Assembly (NCBI GenBank): GCA_937892755.1
Contig: CALBHT010000027.1
Span: 1-50,613, forward strand
DNA length: 50,613 nucleotides
Source of the DNA: an uncultured Bacillales bacterium
GTDB taxonomy: Bacteria; Bacillota_I; Bacilli_A; RFN20; CAG-826
Direction of reading: 5' to 3'
In this document: one piece after another, positions 9,928 through 17,207 of the stretch
Numbering within the stretch: position 1 is the stretch's first letter
Layout of the letters: every line of letters begins with the position of its first letter
Notes under the pieces: model-generated
Told to the model about the DNA's origin: nothing
Databases searched by the model: none
What the model saw: only the letters and a program-made list of their open reading frames with translations
Position numbers and translations under genes: made by a program

Positions 9928-10962
9928 CTATTTTTCATCCGGCGTTTGAATGCCGGTTAAAACCTGAATGGTGCCACCTTTTTGAAGATAGCCTTTTACT
10001 TTTTTTATTCTCGGAACAAATAATTTCGGTTCCTCAATCCTGGAAATGAGTTCTTCAACTGCGAGTGAACCAATGGTCTCGCTGTCTTGGCAATACGTCG
10101 TTAAGGACGGCTCAATCATTCTAGAAAGGTTAATGCCATCGTAACCCGCGATTGATATGTTGCCTTTTGCGTAAGAGCCGCCTTTTGAGCTAATGAGCAT
10201 TGCTAATGCACTGATATCATCTGGGCACAAAACACAAGTTGGTTTCTCTTTCAAGGACGCAAACTTTTTAAAAGCCGTTCTCACAGAATCTGGATTGTGA
10301 TAGACGGCATCGAGAAGGTATTCTTCTTTTGGCTCAATCCCTAGCTCGCGGAGAGCGCGCAAATACCCTGCGATTCGCTTGTGTGTGACATTGGTATCTT
10401 CACCGTGTATAAACGCGATTTTTCGATGTCCTTTTTCGTAAGCGTAGCGAACTAGTTCATAGGTTCCATCTTCGTTATCGCTCATGATTGAACTGCAGCC
10501 TTCGAAGGTGTGATCGATTGTGACAACGGGAAGTCCGCTATAGGCAAGCTCAGCAACGCTCGGATCAAAGAAGTCAACCGAAGCGATAACCACTCCATCG
10601 ATCGCGCGGCTTTTTACGTGTTGAAGGTAGCTTGAGCGAAGCCCGCTGTAGTTCTCGCTATTGATGAAAGTGATGTCATATCCTTTCGCTTCGGCTGTGA
10701 CCTTTACGGAATTCAAAATTGAAGAAAAATATTCGTGTCGCAATCCGCTTTCCGTTTTATCGACGAAGAGAACGCCAATGGAGAAAGAGCGGTGCATTTT
10801 TAAAGTTCTGGCAAAGCTCGATGGAACGTATCCACACTCACGTGCTGCCTCTTTGACCCTCTTTTGAGTCGATTGAGGAATTTCCCTGCTTCCATTAAGA
10901 GCTTTGGAAACGGTCGCGTTACTTAGACCTAATTTTTTTGCGATATCAGAAATCTTTGCCAT
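9928..10962 (-). CDS. LacI/GalR-family transcriptional regulator
   Basis: N-terminal HTH MAKISDIAKKLGLSNATVSKALNG followed by a periplasmic-binding-protein-like sugar domain. I prefer ATG 10962 (SD GAGGAA 4 nt upstream) over the GTG at 10974 used by the ORF track. Confidence 0.9.
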   Translation of the reverse strand: MAKISDIAKKLGLSNATVSKALNGSREIPQSTQKRVKEAARECGYVPSSFARTLKMHRSFSIGVLFVDKTESGLRHEYFSSILNSVKVTAEAKGYDITFINSENYSGLRSSYLQHVKSRAIDGVVIASVDFFDPSVAELAYSGLPVVTIDHTFEGCSSIMSDNEDGTYELVRYAYEKGHRKIAFIHGEDTNVTHKRIAGYLRALRELGIEPKEEYLLDAVYHNPDSVRTAFKKFASLKEKPTCVLCPDDISALAMLISSKGGSYAKGNISIAGYDGINLSRMIEPSLTTYCQDSETIGSLAVEELISRIEEPKLFVPRIKKVKGYLQKGGTIQVLTGIQTPDEK

Positions 10963-10977
10963 CTGTTTCCTCACGGC

Positions 10978-10993
10978 ACGAAATCGTTTTCGT
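10978..10993. promoter_or_regulatory. LacI-type operator O1
   Basis: ACGAAATC|GTTTTCGT is a 16-bp palindrome around a central CG with one mismatched pair. It lies in the 5' leader of the lacI-ABC operon. Confidence 0.6.
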
Positions 10994-11039
10994 TAAGTTA
11001 AGCATAGCGGCAGTAAAAAATTGTTGTCAAGAACCAGTT

Positions 11040-11053
11040 TGTAAGCGTTTACA
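11040..11053. promoter_or_regulatory. Catabolite-responsive element (cre, CcpA site)
   Basis: TGTAAGCGTTTACA fits the cre consensus TGWAANCGNTNWCA at every constrained position. It is embedded in the larger palindrome TTTGTAAGCGTTTACAAA. Confidence 0.6.
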
Positions 11054-11081
11054 AATTAAAATTTTCAATCGTTTCGATAGC

Positions 11082-11096
11082 ACGAAACGTTTTCGT
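11082..11096. promoter_or_regulatory. LacI-type operator O2
   Basis: ACGAAACGTTTTCGT has the same half-sites as O1 (ACGAAA / TTTCGT) around a CG, with one base missing in the left arm. Confidence 0.5.
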
Positions 11097-11165
11097 TGAT
11101 TTTTTCGTGGAGAAAAATTTTTGCGGCTTGTAATCGGTACTTTTTCCACTAAAATTGAGTTGTAG

Positions 11166-11179
11166 CGAAAACGTTTAAG
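11166..11179. promoter_or_regulatory. LacI-type operator O3 (degenerate)
   Basis: CGAAAACGTTTAAG shares the GAAAACGTTT core. It lies ~100 nt upstream of the cellobiose phosphorylase ATG. Confidence 0.4.
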
Positions 11180-11276
11180 TACGTGAAAATGCTTATTTTA
11201 TTAAATAAATGTTTCGTATTTATATCAAATTCGCAGATACACGTAAAATCATTTATGTTGATGGTCAGGAGCGAGC

Positions 11277-13703
11277 ATGAAATTCGGATATTTCGATGAT
11301 GAAAAAAAAGAATACGTCATTAACACACCCTTAACCCCAAGTCCATGGATAAATTATCTTGGGCAAGATTGTTTTTTCTCATTAATATCCAACACAGCCG
11401 GCGGTTATAGTTTTGATACGGACGCCAAGCTTCGACGCCTTACGCGTTACCGATATAATGATGTTCCTTGCGATTTTGATGGTCGCCACTTCTACGTGAA
11501 TGAGAATGGGCTTGTTTGGTCGCCGACCTATCTTCCGAGCAAATGTCCTCTTGATGAATATGAATGCAGGCATGGCTTGGGCTATAGCATTATCCATGGT
11601 ATGAAAAACGATTTATCCATCGATATCACGTTCTTTGTTCCGAATGACGTCCACTGCGAAATTCAATATGTTCATTTGCTTAACAAATCCAAACGAAAAA
11701 GGGCGTTTAGCTTTTTCGCTCAAGAGGAGTGGTGCTTATGGAACGCAAGCGATGATGGCGAGAACTTTCAACGCAACTTATCTACCGGCGAAGTGGAATG
11801 CTATAACGGAATTATCTATCACAAAACGGAGTTCCGCGAGAGAAGAAATCATTATGCGTTTTATTACGTGAATCATAAAACGAGCCATTTTGAGTCAGAC
11901 AGGGATGCGTTTTTAGGAATGCATAATGGTTACGATCATCCAAGTCAGGTATTTGAATCGAAGCTAGGGGACGGAGTCGCAAGCGGCTGGCACCCTATCG
12001 CCGCTCATCAAGTTGACGTCACGCTTGAACCAAACGAAGCGAAAACGCTTATTTTTATTCTAGGCTATTGTGAAATTCCTGAAGGAGAAGCCAAATTCAT
12101 TGCGCCTGATGTGATTAATAAAAAACCAGCCGAAGAATTGATTGCTCTTTTCAACACGGACGAAAAAGTACTTTCCGCTTTCCGCGCTTTAAAAGAAAAA
12201 ATGAATCATTTCCTGGACGTTTATCGTGTGGATAGTGGGAATGAAAAACTAGACCGTATGGCCAATATATGGAATCCATATCAAAGCATTATCACTTATT
12301 GCATGTCTCGTAGCGCTTCTTACTACGAGTCAGGTATCGGCCGTGGGATGGGCTTCCGTGATAGTTGCCAAGACCTTTTGGGGTTTGTTCATATGATCCC
12401 AGGAAAAGCACGCCAGAGAATTATTGACATTGCTTCCATTCAAAAAGAAGATGGTTCAACGTATCACCAGTATCAACCGCTCACGAAAAAAGGAAATTCC
12501 GATATTGGCAGTGGATTCAACGATGACCCTCTTTGGCTTATCGCTGCGGCAAGCGCTTATATAAAAGAAACTGGCGATTACTCTATTCTTTCTTGTCCTG
12601 TCCCCTTTGACAACAAAAAAGGAAGCGAGAAGCCTCTGCTAGAGCATCTACGCCGTTCCGTCCATTTCACAATGAATCATTTAGGGCCACATAATCTTCC
12701 TCTAATTGGCCGCGCGGACTGGAATGACTGCTTAAATTTAAACTGTTTTAGCGTTACCCCAGGCGAGTCATTTCAAACGACGGAAAACAAAGGCAGTGGC
12801 AAGATCGCCGAATCCGTATTCATTGCTGGAATGTTCGTACTGTATGCAAAGGAATATGCAAATATTCTTCATCATTTAGGTCTTGTAGACGAGGAAAAAG
12901 AAATCTTGAAAGCTAAAATGAAGGTAGAAGAGGCCACAATAAAATACGGCTATGACGGAGAGTGGTTCTTACGCGCTTATGACGCGAACGGTAACAAAGT
13001 TGGTAGTCACGTGAACAAAGAAGGCAAGATATTTATTGAGCCTCAAGGTTTTTGCGTCATGGCGGGAATCGGGCATGAATTAGGCTATGGAAAGAAGGCT
13101 TTAGCAAGCGCGGAGAAACTTCTCAGTTGCAAATACGGATTAGAGTTATTAGCCCCATGCTATCATGGATATCATGTTGAATTGGGTGAAATATCTTCTT
13201 ATCCGCCAGGATATAAAGAAAATGGTGCTGTCTTTAATCACAATAACCCGTGGGTCGTTATCGCTCATTGTATCGAAAAAGAAGCGGATGAGGCTTTCGC
13301 TCTCTATTCCAAGAACGCACCTGCATTCATTGAAGAAGAAAGCGATGTCCATTTTACGGAGCCCTATGTTTATAGCCAAATGATCGCGGGTCATGAGGCA
13401 CCGCATTATGGGCAAGCGAAAAATAGCTGGCTCACTGGAAGCGCGAGTTGGTCGTTAGTTGCGTTACAAGAATATTTGCTAGGGGTTCGTGCAGACTATG
13501 ATGGGCTCGTTGTCAATCCTTGCCTCCCAAAATCGCTATTCCCACATCTCCATGTGAAACGTCTTTTCCGTGGAAACATTTACGATATCGTTATCGACAA
13601 TACGAAGGATGATCCTTCTCTTTATGTAGAGGGCGAGAGGATTGAAGGCAATACGATTCCTTATCAAAAGACAAATGGCGTTATCCACGTCGAATTCAGA
13701 TAA
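11277..13703 (+). CDS. GH94 cellobiose phosphorylase (disaccharide phosphorylase; exact specificity not provable here)
   Basis: 808 aa with SD AGGAG at 11267-11271. MKFGYFDDEKKEYVINTPLTPSPWINYLG..ISNTAGGYSF..RLTRYRYNDVP matches the remembered N-terminus of characterised cellobiose phosphorylases. The catalytic block is GRADWNDCLNL. Confidence 0.88.
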   Translation: MKFGYFDDEKKEYVINTPLTPSPWINYLGQDCFFSLISNTAGGYSFDTDAKLRRLTRYRYNDVPCDFDGRHFYVNENGLVWSPTYLPSKCPLDEYECRHGLGYSIIHGMKNDLSIDITFFVPNDVHCEIQYVHLLNKSKRKRAFSFFAQEEWCLWNASDDGENFQRNLSTGEVECYNGIIYHKTEFRERRNHYAFYYVNHKTSHFESDRDAFLGMHNGYDHPSQVFESKLGDGVASGWHPIAAHQVDVTLEPNEAKTLIFILGYCEIPEGEAKFIAPDVINKKPAEELIALFNTDEKVLSAFRALKEKMNHFLDVYRVDSGNEKLDRMANIWNPYQSIITYCMSRSASYYESGIGRGMGFRDSCQDLLGFVHMIPGKARQRIIDIASIQKEDGSTYHQYQPLTKKGNSDIGSGFNDDPLWLIAAASAYIKETGDYSILSCPVPFDNKKGSEKPLLEHLRRSVHFTMNHLGPHNLPLIGRADWNDCLNLNCFSVTPGESFQTTENKGSGKIAESVFIAGMFVLYAKEYANILHHLGLVDEEKEILKAKMKVEEATIKYGYDGEWFLRAYDANGNKVGSHVNKEGKIFIEPQGFCVMAGIGHELGYGKKALASAEKLLSCKYGLELLAPCYHGYHVELGEISSYPPGYKENGAVFNHNNPWVVIAHCIEKEADEAFALYSKNAPAFIEEESDVHFTEPYVYSQMIAGHEAPHYGQAKNSWLTGSASWSLVALQEYLLGVRADYDGLVVNPCLPKSLFPHLHVKRLFRGNIYDIVIDNTKDDPSLYVEGERIEGNTIPYQKTNGVIHVEFR

Positions 13704-13873
13704 TTTGTTCTTTCAAAAGCCTTGCAAAAACGGCACTCTTTGTTCGGTAGGCGGCAATTTTTGAAAGTATCGTGAAATGAATCCGTTTTTCTTCGGCGAC
13801 ATTTGAGCCGAATCTTTGACCCGGAGAATGAAAAAAATAACGAATTCAGACGATTCGCCATTATAATTGAGAT

Positions 13874-14740
13874 ATGCCTATTGAATTTGAGTCAACATAC
13901 GCGAGAGCAAAACGCGATGATGAGGGGTATCGAAAAACGATATCTTCTTTGGACAGTTGGGGCGAAAAGCTTCATTTGTTATCAAGCACTCCCGACCTGT
14001 GCTCTTTTTATTACCCTGGCGGAGATACGTTAATTATCAATATACATGGCGGTGGATTTTGCCATAAGCATCCTTTAGATGATGACGCTTTATGCAAATA
14101 TATTGCCCAGACTTATTGTGTATCAGTTCTAAATGTTGATTTTTCTAGCAGCGTGAAATGGGGATTTCCCGTTCAAATTGTTGAAATCGACCGTCAAATT
14201 CATGCCTTCCTTGAAGAACGAAAGATGAAGAAAATCATTCTTTTGGGGCACAGCAGTGGAGCGAATCTCGCTTGCGCCCTATTGGAACGGCGACTGAAGA
14301 ATGGCGATCGGCGTTTTGACTCTCTAGTTTTGAATTATCCGTTTTTGGATTTAAGTATTGAAGCGAAAAACCGCCCAATGCGAGAAGGACTTTGGCCAGA
14401 CGACCTTTATGAGGATTGGCTCCGTTTCTATTCACCGAACAAAAACAATCGGAAAGACCCTATGATATCGCCTCTTTACATATCGAAACACGTCGCGAAA
14501 TTCTTCCCAAGCACCTATATCGTATCTTGCGAATACGATCGTATTCAAAGCGACGCCATCCGTTTTTCACAAATTCTCAAAGATGCTAAAGTTGACGTTC
14601 GTTATTATGCAACCAAAGAAAGGCACGGCTTTATTGAGCGTCACATGAAAGATATTTATCGTCTTCCAAATGAACCATCCGTTCGTTTCGCCAAATCAAT
14701 CGTCGATCAAGAAATCGTTTTTGCCTTGACTACAAAATAA
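13874..14740 (+). CDS. Alpha/beta-hydrolase fold-3 esterase/lipase (HSL-like)
   Basis: Oxyanion-hole motif IHGGGF, nucleophile elbow GHSSGAN and a C-terminal His (ERHGF). TATAAT (13862-13867) lies 6 nt before the ATG, and there is no SD. Confidence 0.78.
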   Translation: MPIEFESTYARAKRDDEGYRKTISSLDSWGEKLHLLSSTPDLCSFYYPGGDTLIINIHGGGFCHKHPLDDDALCKYIAQTYCVSVLNVDFSSSVKWGFPVQIVEIDRQIHAFLEERKMKKIILLGHSSGANLACALLERRLKNGDRRFDSLVLNYPFLDLSIEAKNRPMREGLWPDDLYEDWLRFYSPNKNNRKDPMISPLYISKHVAKFFPSTYIVSCEYDRIQSDAIRFSQILKDAKVDVRYYATKERHGFIERHMKDIYRLPNEPSVRFAKSIVDQEIVFALTTK

Positions 14741-14741
14741 G

Positions 14742-15362
14742 CTATTTTTCAAATTTCCATCGCAAAGCGGAAATAAAGGTAAGAGGGATTCCAATAATGA
14801 AGACAAAAGCGAGGTTCCACCCCTTATTGTCACCGATATGGAGTCCGATTTCTAAATATGTTGCGGCGAGAAACGCCCAGCAAAAACAAATGCGGTAAGC
14901 GAGCAAATGGAGGCTGAGTTTGTAACGCCATGCGTATGACATTAAAACGAGAAACGTTCCTGGAATTGCCCAAACGAAAGGCATCCATGGGCTATAGACG
15001 TTTTCTTGATGAAGAATCAAAACCCCACCACAAGCAACGGAAGCAATCGTCCAAACGCCTAGTATCCACAAACAACAAATAATGATGCGGTTGCGCAAAT
15101 CGATTTTGTCTCTACTTTTTGCGTATAGAAGTTTATTGTCAACGGTCGGCTTATGCGTTAAGTAGTCGATGGTAACGCCATAGAAGTCGGCAAGCTCTTG
15201 AAGCGTAGCTAAATCTGGGGTAACCTCACCTCTCTCCCAACGAGAAATGTTCTTATCGCTATAATTGAATTGCTCTGCTAATTCGCCTTGTGTTAAGCCT
15301 CTATCTTTACGAAGCGATGAGAGATTATTTGCGACGATTTCTGCAATTTCGTTTTGAGTCAT
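14742..15362 (-). CDS. Membrane-anchored XRE-family HTH regulator
   Basis: The N-terminal Cro/C1 HTH (LRKDRGLTQGELAEQFNYSDKNISRWERGEVTPDLATLQELADFYGVTIDYL) is followed by ~4 hydrophobic helices. Confidence 0.8.
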   Translation of the reverse strand: MTQNEIAEIVANNLSSLRKDRGLTQGELAEQFNYSDKNISRWERGEVTPDLATLQELADFYGVTIDYLTHKPTVDNKLLYAKSRDKIDLRNRIIICCLWILGVWTIASVACGGVLILHQENVYSPWMPFVWAIPGTFLVLMSYAWRYKLSLHLLAYRICFCWAFLAATYLEIGLHIGDNKGWNLAFVFIIGIPLTFISALRWKFEK

Positions 15363-15450
15363 ACGATTCCTATTTTATTCTTTTTCTTCATTCTCTAGAA
15401 GGGTACCTTTGCAAGTTTGCGCGTAAACAACTAGAATTACAGCAAGGAAA

Positions 15451-16299
15451 ATGGTCAATTTAGTTTACTGTGGCAATAAATATATGTTTGATGGGCTCTT
15501 GCTCTCCCTATTAAGCGCGAGCAAAGTTACGAAGGAACCTTTAAACGTCATTATATTGACGGGTGATTTTCGAAAACTGAACCCTTCATATGTCCCACTA
15601 GAAGGATTTGAAGCGGATTTTCTTCGTTCTGTGATTCAAAAATATAATCCAGAGAGCCGCTTAGAGCTTCGTGATGTGACGGAACTCATTAAAGGGGAGC
15701 TTTCTCAAACGGTGAATCTCGATAATGAATACACCCCCTATTGCCTTCTTCGCTCGTTTTTAGACCTTTTGGATAATATTCCGTCTCGTGTGCTTTATCT
15801 AGATTGCGACACGATCGTAATGCGCGATATTAGCGATTTCTTCCATAGCGATTTGCACGACAACGATATCGGATGCGTGCTCGATAATGTCCGAATCATC
15901 GTTTTCCATCATGGATATTTCAACGCAGGCGTTATGCTTCTGGATTTAGATAAGATTCGCCATGATGGATTGATGGTAAAATCCCGTGAACTTATCGCAA
16001 CAAAGAAAATGAAGCATCCTGACCAAGACGCAATGAACAAAGTGTTCCGCAAAGCGAAAAAAATCGAAATGTTCTCCCGAGATTATAACGAGCAAAGACG
16101 CGTTTTCCCCTCTACGGTGATACGTCACTTTACCCCTCAGTTATCCATGTTCCCTTTTCCGCATTTCATCAGCGTGAAGCCATGGAACTATGATCAAGTT
16201 CACACAATCTATCACAACCATGAATTTGATTCTCTTTTTAAAGAGACAATTCAATTGAAGAGAGATTTTTCAATTAATAATGCCTGGAGATTTAAATAG
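15451..16299 (+). CDS. Glycosyltransferase family 8 (retaining, GspA/LgtC-like)
   Basis: DxD motif LYLDCDTIV, FNAGVMLLD and HPDQDAMN, which are classical GT8 blocks. Confidence 0.8.
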   Translation: MVNLVYCGNKYMFDGLLLSLLSASKVTKEPLNVIILTGDFRKLNPSYVPLEGFEADFLRSVIQKYNPESRLELRDVTELIKGELSQTVNLDNEYTPYCLLRSFLDLLDNIPSRVLYLDCDTIVMRDISDFFHSDLHDNDIGCVLDNVRIIVFHHGYFNAGVMLLDLDKIRHDGLMVKSRELIATKKMKHPDQDAMNKVFRKAKKIEMFSRDYNEQRRVFPSTVIRHFTPQLSMFPFPHFISVKPWNYDQVHTIYHNHEFDSLFKETIQLKRDFSINNAWRFK

Positions 16300-17099
16300 T
16301 GGAAGTTTGCTACTGCGGAAATTCGAAGATTTTCGTGGGGGCGTTTCTTTCAGCATTCTCGCTCGCTCGCAATTCTAGCGAGGCCGTTACAATTTATTTA
16401 TTAACTGCGGACATCACCTATATTAAAAAGGAATATACGCCTCTATTAGAAGAACATCGAAAGAGAATTGAAGCTGCAATCAAGACGTTTAATCCCGAGA
16501 ATAAAGTCACCCTTGTCGATGCAAGTAAAGAGTTCAAAGACGTTTTTTCCAAGGGTCGAAATACCCATTCTATGTATACCCCTTTCGCGTTTTTGCGATT
16601 ACTCATGGATGTTGTTCCTCGTATTCCAGACCGCGTGATTTATCTTGATACGGATACTGTTGTGCTTCGTGATCTTTCCCCATTTTTCCATATGGATTTG
16701 CAAGGAAAAGATTTGGCGATGGTCCACGATGCAATGAGGGAAAAATCTTATGCCAATAGTGGTGTGATCCTTTTTGATATGAAAGCAATCAAGAAAGACG
16801 GCACTTTTCAAAAATGTCGTGATTATCTTTTCACGCATAAATTAATGATGCCTGACCAAGATACAATCAACTATATTTACAGAAACAATCGTATCTTAGT
16901 CGACCGAAAATACAACGAACAAAGGAAACTCCGTGATGAGACAGTGATCCGTCATTATTGCCAATCCATCCGGCTCCTTCCTTATTTCCATATCATCAAG
17001 ACAAAGCCTTGGCAGTGGGAAAAGTTCTGTAAAGTGTATAAGAAAGACAGCAAACTACCTATCTTTGCTGAGTTCATGAAAGTATTTAGCGAAAAGTGA
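16299..17099 (+). CDS. Glycosyltransferase family 8, paralogue of the upstream gene
   Basis: IYLDTDTVV, ANSGVILFD and MPDQDTIN. GTG start 16299 shares one base with the upstream TAG. Confidence 0.78.
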   Translation: MEVCYCGNSKIFVGAFLSAFSLARNSSEAVTIYLLTADITYIKKEYTPLLEEHRKRIEAAIKTFNPENKVTLVDASKEFKDVFSKGRNTHSMYTPFAFLRLLMDVVPRIPDRVIYLDTDTVVLRDLSPFFHMDLQGKDLAMVHDAMREKSYANSGVILFDMKAIKKDGTFQKCRDYLFTHKLMMPDQDTINYIYRNNRILVDRKYNEQRKLRDETVIRHYCQSIRLLPYFHIIKTKPWQWEKFCKVYKKDSKLPIFAEFMKVFSEK

Positions 17100-17207
17100 T
17101 TCTGCGTTCTTCGTTGCATAAACATTAGCTTTTCTTTTGAACGGAAAGAAATGCAATAGAAGGCGAAATCGTTGTAGTATTATGCGTAGGAGGTAAATAA
17201 AAACAAA

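Noticed and set aside
10963-10974. GTG 10974 as the LacI start (ORF-track call)
   Set aside because: ATG 10962 is preceded by GAGGAA at ideal spacing and yields the typical LacI N-terminus directly at the HTH. The GTG has no SD and would overlap operator O1's flank.
11302-11309. A8 homopolymer near the 5' end of the cellobiose phosphorylase gene as a phase-variation switch
   Set aside because: It simply encodes the conserved ..DDEKKEY.. segment. Short A-runs are common in this AT-rich genome, and there is no evidence of variation from a single sequence.
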